The notes under the pieces: generated by a model
What the model was told of the DNA's origin: nothing
Databases searched by the model: none
What the model saw: only the letters and a program-made list of their open reading frames with translations
Assembly: GCA_029057785.1 (NCBI GenBank)
Contig: JAIDZC010000021.1
Span: 5,209-69,208 of the forward strand
Origin: Anaeroplasmataceae bacterium
Lineage (GTDB): Bacteria; Bacillota_I; Bacilli_A; Acholeplasmatales; Anaeroplasmataceae
DNA length: 64,000 nucleotides
Direction: 5' to 3'
In this document: piece by piece, positions 18,326-26,347 of the stretch
How positions within the stretch are numbered: position 1 is the first letter of the stretch
Layout of the letters: each line of letters begins with the position of its first letter
Translations under genes and position numbers: made by a program

Positions 18326-19405
18326 TTAATGCTTGTCTGTGAGATAATCAAATATGCTTACTTGTCGATTGCTTGGATCAAAGGTCTCATCATCTATTAT
18401 CCTTATCCAAGTTGCAGATCGACCAGTTCCATTTGGACGAATCTTGTTTTCTTTTTTTAGATTTTCTAAAGCTCGATTGATGGTAGAATCTGATAGGTAT
18501 GGGTTCTTGATTCTGATTTCTTCCTTTGTGAATACATTCCCCATCTTAAGAATTGAACTTTCAACACTTTCAATTTTCTTGATGCTTTTGTCAAAGCTAT
18601 ACATGGATCTTTTGGATTCAATTTCGTTGTATCCCTTTAATAGTAGTTGGATAGTTAAGCGATTGAGTATGGCTGTTTGAGCAAATCCTGTTTCCCAATT
18701 GAAGCTAGCAGATACTACTGCACTCTTGAATTCCTCTTCATGATTTAAATAAAGTTCAAAGAAACTTATGTATTTGAATACATTGAATCTTTCTCTGAAT
18801 AATAAACAGTAATAAATCAATAGGCACATAAATTCATTTTCATCATTAAAAATTTTGACATTTGAGATATCGACGAATAGATTTGTTGCTAGTTGGGTTC
18901 CTTCTACTTGATTGCTCTTCATGAGCTTCTTGTAAAGGCTTAGAAGCTCTTCAAATGTATTCCTTAATGATACTCTTTTTTTCTCTCTTAAAAGGTTTAC
19001 TTGAACCTCTTCAATTCGAGTGCCAAATCCGACCTCTTTTACACTTCCAAAAATGCGTTTTGCAAGGGCTAAAAATTCATTTGAAGTGAGCTCCAAATCA
19101 TTCCCTCTTGATTGAAGAATTTTGAATACTTCTTTGAGGTTTGCTAAAATCTTTTCGTCGTTCGTTTTTGGAGTGCTATTCTTTTGAATTATGAGTCTAG
19201 ATCTATTTTCTGTAATTTGTAAATTTAACACTTTTGCAGCAAAGAAAGTATCCTTTTCAATGGTGTCTTTAATGATGGTTTGCATATCTGTTTTGAAGAT
19301 GTCCTCATAGTAGAAATCTTTTCCTTTAAATCGGTACAGATTAGTTAAGTCCATTACAAGATCACTTGGATAACTGATTCGTTGCATATTCTCTAGGCTG
19401 TACAT
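18326..19405 (-). CDS. Fic-family-like protein with degenerate active-site motif and C-terminal winged HTH
   Basis: 359 aa. At the position of HPFxDGNGRxxRLL it reads KIFNDENEFMCLLI (His, both Gly and both Arg lost). C-terminal STINRALENLKKENKIRPNGTGRSATW resembles the wHTH of long Fic proteins. Assignment made by eye only. Confidence 0.55.
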   Translation of the reverse strand: MYSLENMQRISYPSDLVMDLTNLYRFKGKDFYYEDIFKTDMQTIIKDTIEKDTFFAAKVLNLQITENRSRLIIQKNSTPKTNDEKILANLKEVFKILQSRGNDLELTSNEFLALAKRIFGSVKEVGFGTRIEEVQVNLLREKKRVSLRNTFEELLSLYKKLMKSNQVEGTQLATNLFVDISNVKIFNDENEFMCLLIYYCLLFRERFNVFKYISFFELYLNHEEEFKSAVVSASFNWETGFAQTAILNRLTIQLLLKGYNEIESKRSMYSFDKSIKKIESVESSILKMGNVFTKEEIRIKNPYLSDSTINRALENLKKENKIRPNGTGRSATWIRIIDDETFDPSNRQVSIFDYLTDKH

Positions 19406-19502
19406 TTTATCACTTCCTATTTTCTACTAAATTATAACAAAAAAAGACCTATAAAACAAGTCATTTTACATAAGAAAAAGGACGCTTGTCACGCCCTTTA
19501 AA

Positions 19503-21149
19503 TTAGCACTTATCTTTTGTGTAGAAAATGGAATCTCCTATGAATTCTCTTATGATAGAATTGCATGGAATCCACTTATCAGAAATATCGGTAAAATACT
19601 TTAAAAATTTAACTAAACGATTCGCTTGAATGAAGTATGGGCTTTCAGTGTCTACTGCTTCTAAAAGCGGCAATGCATGCTTCTTCAAAACACATAGTTC
19701 ATAGGACAATTCTGAGTTGAAAACGAAGTCGGCATTAGACTGATGTGGGTAGATCCATTTGAACTCCCCTCGTCTTACACTAGGCCACATTTCAAGTGTC
19801 TGTTCACAACTAGAATTTCTTGTTTCAAAATCTCTAACCATTCTTCTGATTAATCTAATATCAGATAGAGAAATAGGGTTATGATCATCTATATGAAGCT
19901 GTGCTTGTGGTGCAATATAGACCTTGAATTTTAATTCTGAAGGAATGGATGGAGTTAATTCATCATTTAATGCGTGAATTCCTTCTATCATAATTGGCTG
20001 GTGCTTACCAAGCTTTACAGGCTCTCCAAAGGATCTGGCTTGAGTCTTAAAATTATATTTAGGTAAAGCAACCTCTTCTCCATTAATTAGTTTATAAATG
20101 ACCTCATCAAAGAGCTTACGATCTAATGCATCAATATGCTCGAAATCTGGTTTTCCATATTCATCTATAGGAGCCATATGACCTTGATTATAAAAATCAT
20201 CTACGCTAATCATTAATGGATCAATACCTAAGGATTTTAATTGAATTTTTAAACGATTGGTGAAGGTGGTTTTTCCACTTGATGATGGACCAGCAACTGC
20301 AATTAAACGCAAGGTGTCAATATCACGGGCTATTTTTTCTCCTAAAGCTGCAAGTTGGCTATTATGACGTGCTTCACAAATATTGATAAATTCTAGGGCT
20401 TTACCTTGTTCCACAATTTCATTCATTTGTGATATATAGCTTGCTGTAGTAATATTTCCCCATCGATTGGCCTCTCTTAAAGCATTTTGGAAGACTCTTT
20501 CATCCTCAAATGGTGGAATTTCTCCTTTGTTTTCTGCGCGTGGATATTGAATGATAAATCCAGGAGCATATAGTCTGAAATTATATGCTTTTATATATCC
20601 TGTTGATGGTAGCATATAACCAAACATATAGTTCTTATAGCCTCCACATTCATACATGTGTACTGTAGATTCTTTTCTGTAGGTTAAAATCTTTGCTTTA
20701 TCCTTAAAACCTATCTCAGTATAGTATTGATTGGCCTCTTCCTTAGAGATACTGAAGCGTTTGATTGGCAAATCCTGAGCGATAATATTATCTAATTCGG
20801 CCTTTATTTTATCTAAATCTGCCTGCATAAAAGCATGATTAATATTAGATACACTTGCAAAGATAGATCTAGATACACTATAGTTAAAAATAACTCTAGC
20901 CTTAGGATAAATCCTTTGAATGGCCATAATCACTAAATACCTAAGCGTAGATTGATAAATTGTGGCAGCTTCTGTATCTGTTAATGTGAGGAGTTCAACG
21001 TTACAATCCTTATCAATGATATAATCTAATTCACGAATTCGATTATTTATTTTAGAGGCTTGATATTGATACTTATCTCCTTCTATAAGCTCTGATACAC
21101 GTATTGGCTCTTCTTTTGTTATTGTTTTACCTTGAATTTGTATTTTCAT
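19503..21149 (-). CDS. nucleoside (uridine-type) kinase fused to N-terminal TGS/ThrRS-SAD-like region
   Basis: 548 aa. P-loop AVAGPSSSGKTTF followed by a uridine-kinase/PRK-like core (ISVDDFY, IMIEGIHALN). GGAGG SD. Confidence 0.8.
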   Translation of the reverse strand: MKIQIQGKTITKEEPIRVSELIEGDKYQYQASKINNRIRELDYIIDKDCNVELLTLTDTEAATIYQSTLRYLVIMAIQRIYPKARVIFNYSVSRSIFASVSNINHAFMQADLDKIKAELDNIIAQDLPIKRFSISKEEANQYYTEIGFKDKAKILTYRKESTVHMYECGGYKNYMFGYMLPSTGYIKAYNFRLYAPGFIIQYPRAENKGEIPPFEDERVFQNALREANRWGNITTASYISQMNEIVEQGKALEFINICEARHNSQLAALGEKIARDIDTLRLIAVAGPSSSGKTTFTNRLKIQLKSLGIDPLMISVDDFYNQGHMAPIDEYGKPDFEHIDALDRKLFDEVIYKLINGEEVALPKYNFKTQARSFGEPVKLGKHQPIMIEGIHALNDELTPSIPSELKFKVYIAPQAQLHIDDHNPISLSDIRLIRRMVRDFETRNSSCEQTLEMWPSVRRGEFKWIYPHQSNADFVFNSELSYELCVLKKHALPLLEAVDTESPYFIQANRLVKFLKYFTDISDKWIPCNSIIREFIGDSIFYTKDKC

Positions 21150-21788
21150 TATAATTCCTCCTTTTTTAAATTCATAGTAGTTTTGTTAAAAAGATTTTAT
21201 GTTATATAATACATTATAGAAGTATTAAAATTATCATATAATCTAGTTTTTAAGACTAGTTGTCTTTTGAATTTTTTTTCTTCCGGTATCTTGGGTATCA
21301 ATTATAGCACATTCATGGAAAAAATGCTAGCATTTAAAAGCTGTTTTGTATTTGGTCCATAATATGTCAAAAATTATGCTCGAAAAATGGCGTATTTTCA
21401 GCAATCGAGACAGGTATTTACCCATAATATTAATTTTCAATCTCTAATTTTGCGTTTAATTGCAAATTTGGGCAAATCCCTTATTCGCTTAAAAACTGGC
21501 TTTATTTCTATTTTTGCTTTAAATTGATTATTTATGCATCAATAAGAAAAAAACGGCTAGAATGGCCTATTTTGAGCCTTATTTTTGATGATTATAGTTT
21601 AAATTGTTGAGAAAACTAATTTGAAGTATTTCTCTTCTTTTTTGGTCAAATTTATACAAAAATGCTCTTTTTTTATAAAATTTTGCAAAAAAAACTAGTT
21701 AATAAAAAAAGATAATAGTATTTTATTAAGTAATTATTAAACTTTTAATTAATTTGTAATCTAGTTTTAAACACTAGATATCTTTCGA

Positions 21789-21813
21789 AATAAAAAATCT
21801 CTCATGTGAGAGA
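21789..21813 (-). terminator. intrinsic terminator after spoIVA
   Basis: TCTCTCA-TG-TGAGAGA hairpin with TTTTTTATT on the - strand. Confidence 0.6.
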
Positions 21814-21817
21814 CTTC

Positions 21818-23284
21818 TTATAAGATGATTGCAATTAAATTATTGTGATTAGAATTCATGATCTTATCTAGAACATTCTTAATCTTATCCTTAGATTTAT
21901 CGGGTAGACCATGAATTTTTGATTTCATAGAGTCATTGACGATGTCAGAAAGCTTTTTGCCAAAGAACTCCTTATTCCATAGAGCTTCTTCGTCTCCATC
22001 ACTATTCAAGCTTTCCATCAACATTCTAGATTGATCTTCAGACCCAATGATTGGTGTGAAGGATGATTCTAAGTCAACAGCAATCATATGGATGCAGGAT
22101 GCCTTTGCAGAAAGCTTAACACCATACATGCCATTCTTCTTAACAACCTCAGGTGGTAATAGGTGCATATCAGCAATTCTAGGCACAGAAACACCATAAC
22201 CAGTCTGTTTAGCCTCTAAAATAGCTGAATTAACTTCTTCATATACTTCATTTGCCTTTTTAGACTGATATAGATAGCTGATAAAGTCTTTTCGGGTCTC
22301 ACAATACTTTCCAAGCAGTAAATCAACGATTTCCTTATACTTTGAGTCATCTAAATCCAAAACAATACTTGCTTTACCTGTAGATGCTTCTAAAAGCTCA
22401 AGCTTAACATCTGAAAATTGATTTGCGTTTCTAAGCTCCTTACAGATGTTGGATACATCTTTAACCTTCTTATATTTCATTTCAACATCCTGGATTGTAT
22501 CCATAATGCTTTTCTTTAATGGAATATCTTCTCCAATGGCATCAATATAATCAGGTAAAGAAATTTCTAAATCAGATATTGGGAATTCCTCTAAAGCTTT
22601 AGATAAAACTAGATTTGCATCCTCTTGAGTCATTTTTAGCGCAGATAAGCAAACAACATTTACCTCATACTTAGACTCTAAGTCTTTAGCAAGTGCCTGA
22701 GCCTTTGGATCATTAGGATCCTTCGTATTAAGCACAATGACAAATGGCTTATTCATTTCTTTCATCTTAGGAATAAGTTTTTCTTCAATCTCTTGATATT
22801 CCCCTCTAGTAAATTCACTAAAAGAGCCATCTGAGGTTACATAGATTCCTAAATTGGAATGATTGAAGATTACTTTTTCTGTACCTATGGATGCAGCCTC
22901 CTGAAATGGGATAGCCTCATTATACCAAGGTGTTTTTACGAGTCTTGGCTCCGCATCAGTACCAAAGCCTTCAGCTGATGGTATGATTTCCCCTACACAA
23001 TCCACAAATCTTAAATTCATTACTGTGTTATTCACATTTAATTCAATAGAAGTTGAGGGAATAAATTTTGGCTCTACAGTCATTATCTGCTTACCCTCTG
23101 CCGTTTGTGGTAGTTCATCTAAGATTTTATGCTTCATAAATTCATCTTCGACATTAGGTAAAATCAACAATTTAAAAAACGAATTAATTAAAGTTGACTT
23201 TCCACTTCTGCAAGAACCAACAAATCCAATAAATAAATCACTCTTCATTCTATTTGATAAGCTAATTAATGCCTCATCATTCAT
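21818..23284 (-). CDS. spoIVA: stage IV sporulation protein A (spore coat morphogenetic ATPase)
   Basis: 488 aa. N-terminal Walker A region FIGFVGSCRSGKSTLINSF aligns with B. subtilis SpoIVA (YLGVVGAVRTGKSTFIKKF). Length and C-terminus are typical. Confidence 0.9.
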   Translation of the reverse strand: MNDEALISLSNRMKSDLFIGFVGSCRSGKSTLINSFFKLLILPNVEDEFMKHKILDELPQTAEGKQIMTVEPKFIPSTSIELNVNNTVMNLRFVDCVGEIIPSAEGFGTDAEPRLVKTPWYNEAIPFQEAASIGTEKVIFNHSNLGIYVTSDGSFSEFTRGEYQEIEEKLIPKMKEMNKPFVIVLNTKDPNDPKAQALAKDLESKYEVNVVCLSALKMTQEDANLVLSKALEEFPISDLEISLPDYIDAIGEDIPLKKSIMDTIQDVEMKYKKVKDVSNICKELRNANQFSDVKLELLEASTGKASIVLDLDDSKYKEIVDLLLGKYCETRKDFISYLYQSKKANEVYEEVNSAILEAKQTGYGVSVPRIADMHLLPPEVVKKNGMYGVKLSAKASCIHMIAVDLESSFTPIIGSEDQSRMLMESLNSDGDEEALWNKEFFGKKLSDIVNDSMKSKIHGLPDKSKDKIKNVLDKIMNSNHNNLIAIIL

Positions 23285-23311
23285 ATAAATTCCTCCTCGT
23301 TAGTCATAGAA

Positions 23312-23341
23312 ATCCTATGTACCAACTATTTCAAATATTCC
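23312..23341 (-). promoter_or_regulatory. putative sigE-type promoter of spoIVA
   Basis: - strand GAATATT (-35), 14 nt, CATAGGAT (-10), compared with consensus ..ATATT / CATACA.T. Positioned about 20 nt upstream of the GAGGAGG SD. Confidence 0.35.
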
Positions 23342-23384
23342 TATATTGAAAAGAAATCTATAAACCTTTTTTATATTTTTATTA

Positions 23385-23412
23385 AAGAAAAAATCATCCG
23401 AAATTCGGATGA
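23385..23412 (-). terminator. intrinsic terminator about 200 nt downstream of the dipeptidase gene
   Basis: TCATCCG-AATTT-CGGATGA hairpin followed by TTTTTT on the - strand. Confidence 0.65.
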
Positions 23413-23420
23413 CTGTGATT

Positions 23421-23490
23421 TTATAGTGTGTGTGTGATCTCATGAGTAAATTGGGAGATAATATATAGTGCGAAATCACACACACTTATA
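23421..23490. repeat. inverted repeat built on (GT)n/(CA)n tracts
   Basis: TTATAGTGTGTGTGTGAT (23421-23438) pairs with ATCACACACACTTATAA (23474-23490) around a ~35-nt loop. GT/CA microsatellite-like tracts occur nowhere else that I noticed in this AT-rich window. Confidence 0.5.
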
Positions 23491-23605
23491 TAATACAACA
23501 TTTTTTTCTAAAAATAAAGCATTTTTTTCATTTTTTTTAATTTTTTTTCATTTTTTTATCAAAATCGACAGTAAAATACACACTTTTTCATTCATTTTCT
23601 ACAAA

Positions 23606-24577
23606 TTAAGCTATATTCGCAGCTAAAACACGTAAAAAATTTTTATAAGCTATCTTTTCAATTTCTTCTTTTGTGAAGCCTTGATTATGCATTTCCTCAA
23701 AAAGCTTAGGCATAAATGAAGCATTTTCTAATTTTATATTAGGATTAATTCCATCAAAATCACTTCCAAGGGCAATCACATCAACTCCTGCTAAGTTTTT
23801 GATATATTTCATATGTTCAATCACACAGGAAATCGTATCTTTTCCTATCTCTTCATTTTCATTTAAAAATGCAGCACAGAAATTCATTCCCATAACACCG
23901 CCATTTTCCTTTAGCTTTAAAATCATATCATCTGTTAAATTTCTAACATGATTGCATACACCTCTAGCATTCGAATGGCTTGCAATAATAGGTTTAGAAG
24001 AATACTTTAAACAGTCGTAGAAGCCTTTATCAGAAAGATGGGAAACATCAACAATCATTCCTAACCGATTCATTTCCTTTACCATTTTTATTCCGTACTC
24101 TGTTAAACCCTCTTCTGTGTTTGGATTTTTAAAATCAGGATGTTCAGTAAGTTTGAAATTGGGATGTCCTACACCATTTTCAAAATTCCAATTTAGACAT
24201 ATCATTCTTACCCCTAATTTATGGAATGTACGTAGATAGGCTAAATTAGATTCAGTTACTCCACCCTCTTCAATTGTAAGTAAACTAGAAATCTTACCTT
24301 CTTTTTGATTTTTGGCCACATCAGAAAATTTTAGCACAGGTGCAATATATTCTTCATATTTTTCAATTTCTTCATAGTAACGATCTATCATTTCTATACA
24401 GTATTGAAAAGGATTTGGTGTTTTCTTTAAATACACAAACATCGCAAAGCATTGAAGTAAGCAGTTTCCCTCTTTTAAATGCTTCAAGTTAATTTGAAGG
24501 GGAGCATCTAAAAGATGAACATCTTCCTTTCCCATTAGCTCAGATATTGTATCACAATGAAGATCAATGTAATTCAT
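23606..24577 (-). CDS. membrane dipeptidase (peptidase M19 family)
   Basis: IDLHCDT N-terminal metal motif, SHSNARG, and DFDG near the C-terminus, all typical of renal-dipeptidase-family enzymes. Confidence 0.88.
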   Translation of the reverse strand: MNYIDLHCDTISELMGKEDVHLLDAPLQINLKHLKEGNCLLQCFAMFVYLKKTPNPFQYCIEMIDRYYEEIEKYEEYIAPVLKFSDVAKNQKEGKISSLLTIEEGGVTESNLAYLRTFHKLGVRMICLNWNFENGVGHPNFKLTEHPDFKNPNTEEGLTEYGIKMVKEMNRLGMIVDVSHLSDKGFYDCLKYSSKPIIASHSNARGVCNHVRNLTDDMILKLKENGGVMGMNFCAAFLNENEEIGKDTISCVIEHMKYIKNLAGVDVIALGSDFDGINPNIKLENASFMPKLFEEMHNQGFTKEEIEKIAYKNFLRVLAANIA

Positions 24578-25088
24578 TATATTCCTCCGTTACTAAAAAT
24601 TGTCTGATTTCACATACAAACATTGTATGAAGATCTCCATCATTATAGTACTGTGTTTTGATCTCTTCAGGTAAGTTTTCGTATGGTAAATCTATAGAAT
24701 AGAGTTTTTTCATCTTAAAACAATATGTGGCTTGTCTAATATAGGCACCATCATAGTCTGGATCATAGGTATAAGAAAGGTTTGCATTTTTCATCTTATC
24801 TTCATTTTTTCCTGAGTGTGTCCCTATATATAAGACATTCTCCTTATATTTTTCATCTAAAAAGGATAATGTAACGCTATCACTTTTTTCTAAAAAGGAG
24901 TAGGTATGTCTTGATTTTCTTACAAAGACATATGCGACATCCTTTCCCCATAAAACGCCTATTCCTCCCCATGAAACGGTCAAAGAATTAAAGCCTATGG
25001 TTTTATCTCCTGCCGTAAGAATGGCATTTTTTTGTTTTAAATCGTTGAAAATATTTTCCTTATAATCTGTATTTTGCTTTTTAATCAT
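24564..25088 (-). CDS. flavin reductase-like (FMN-binding split-barrel) protein
   Basis: Block NSLTVSWGGIGVLWGKDVAYVFVRKSRHTYSFLEKSD is typical of this family. Start taken at ATG 25088, which abuts the stop of the upstream gene. Confidence 0.7.
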   Translation of the reverse strand: MIKKQNTDYKENIFNDLKQKNAILTAGDKTIGFNSLTVSWGGIGVLWGKDVAYVFVRKSRHTYSFLEKSDSVTLSFLDEKYKENVLYIGTHSGKNEDKMKNANLSYTYDPDYDGAYIRQATYCFKMKKLYSIDLPYENLPEEIKTQYYNDGDLHTMFVCEIRQFLVTEEYNELH

Positions 25089-25897
25089 ACTGCACCTCGC
25101 TGGACCATAATCATTACAAATGAAATTAAGTTGTTTATTAAATGAAAAAACCAAGAAGCATAAACATTTTTATTACATAAATGATAAGTTAAACATAGTA
25201 AAAATCCACTAAGCATATAAGGAATACAGATAAGTAGATTCTCTAACGAGCTATATTCTGCTTCTAGGAAGGTTGTTACTACATGGGGAAGTGTAAAGAC
25301 TAGAATAGATACAACATAGGAAATAGCGATATGATATTTTTTTAGATATTCAAAAATGGCTTTTCTATAAATAAGCTCTTCTACAATAGGAGCACACACG
25401 ACTACCGCAAAAAACATAGCTACTGCTCCACCATTATGAATGAGAATTTCTATAGAGGATTGATTTATAGAAGTTTTATTGATTATTTTATCTATACCAA
25501 ATTCAATTCCATAAGATACTCCATAGCCTACAGCTGCACATAATGGAATGAGCCAGGCTAATTTTTTATATCCATTTACAAGCCCCTTTGCATCTTCTTT
25601 TATATGATTTCTCATATAGAAAACGACAATTCCAAATAAAAGAATATACATTAAAAGATTTGCGAAAGAATTACAAAAAACATAAAGTTTCTTATGTGCT
25701 TCTTCTAAATCTTTAAAATTTGTAGTAGAAACGACTTCTAGCAATCGAGTTGGACTTAATCCTAAACTATTCGTGCCATTATAAAAGAATGCCAATAAGA
25801 TGATTAAAATGCTTCCTCCTAAAAGAGTTAACAAAAAGTAACTCACTACCGCCACAGTTTTATTTGGCTCTAAGATTGGATTTTTTACCTCATTCAT
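25085..25897 (-). CDS. CPBP-family intramembrane glutamic endopeptidase (CAAX protease-like)
   Basis: Multi-TM protein with EELIYR, FxxxH (FTLPHVV) and HxxxN (FHLINN) motifs. AGGAAGTG SD before ATG 25897. Confidence 0.8.
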   Translation of the reverse strand: MNEVKNPILEPNKTVAVVSYFLLTLLGGSILIILLAFFYNGTNSLGLSPTRLLEVVSTTNFKDLEEAHKKLYVFCNSFANLLMYILLFGIVVFYMRNHIKEDAKGLVNGYKKLAWLIPLCAAVGYGVSYGIEFGIDKIINKTSINQSSIEILIHNGGAVAMFFAVVVCAPIVEELIYRKAIFEYLKKYHIAISYVVSILVFTLPHVVTTFLEAEYSSLENLLICIPYMLSGFLLCLTYHLCNKNVYASWFFHLINNLISFVMIMVQRGAV

Positions 25898-25996
25898 GAA
25901 TCTCACTTCCTATTCCCAACAATTATACAATATTTTCTTTAAAAAAACTATTAAATTTTATAAGAAACCCTAAAAAGAAAAAGACCCTATGGTCTT

Positions 25997-26347
25997 CTAC
26001 TTTTTAGGTCTAAAAATTAAAGCTATCATTACAGATAAGAATATGGTAAAGGCTATACCCGCACTTGTTTTACCATAAATTCCTGTAAAGATACCAATGT
26101 AGCCTACTTCTTGAGCTTTTTCTAATCCTGCATGAACTAAGGAGTGTCCGAAGTTTGTAATTGGTAATGCAGCACCAGCTCCTGCAAAATCAAGTAAACG
26201 ATCGTAAAACCCTCCAAAATCTAAAAGAGTTCCAAGACAAACGAATAGCACTGTCATATGGCCTACAGTTAATTTAAATGTGTCTTTTATGATTTCTGCA
26301 AGACCACAGATGGCTCCACCAATTAAAAATGCATATAAATAAATCAT
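25997..26347 (-). CDS. spoVAE: stage V sporulation protein AE (SpoVAEB-type)
   Basis: ~116-aa hydrophobic protein. ATG 26347 overlaps the spoVAD stop (ATGA). Third gene of the conserved spoVAC-AD-AE module. Confidence 0.85.
   Translation of the reverse strand: MIYLYAFLIGGAICGLAEIIKDTFKLTVGHMTVLFVCLGTLLDFGGFYDRLLDFAGAGAALPITNFGHSLVHAGLEKAQEVGYIGIFTGIYGKTSAGIAFTIFLSVMIALIFRPKK

Noticed and set aside
19410-19437. ACTTCCTAT on the + strand, an exact 9-nt match to the XerC arm of dif, between the Fic-like and kinase genes
   Set aside because: It is the complement of the Fic-like gene's ribosome-binding region (ATAGGAAGTGAT..ATG). It is in inverted orientation relative to dif, and the remaining 19 nt do not resemble dif.
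23468-23626. GTG-initiated 52-codon Phe-rich hydrophobic ORF on the + strand, with GGGAGA about 9 nt upstream, considered as a possible type I toxin antisense to the dipeptidase 3' end
   Set aside because: Its hydrophobicity comes almost entirely from TTT codons generated by the phased T-tracts. It has a non-ATG start and no independent promoter that I could see, so it is most likely a by-product of composition. It is mentioned only as context for the hairpin finding.
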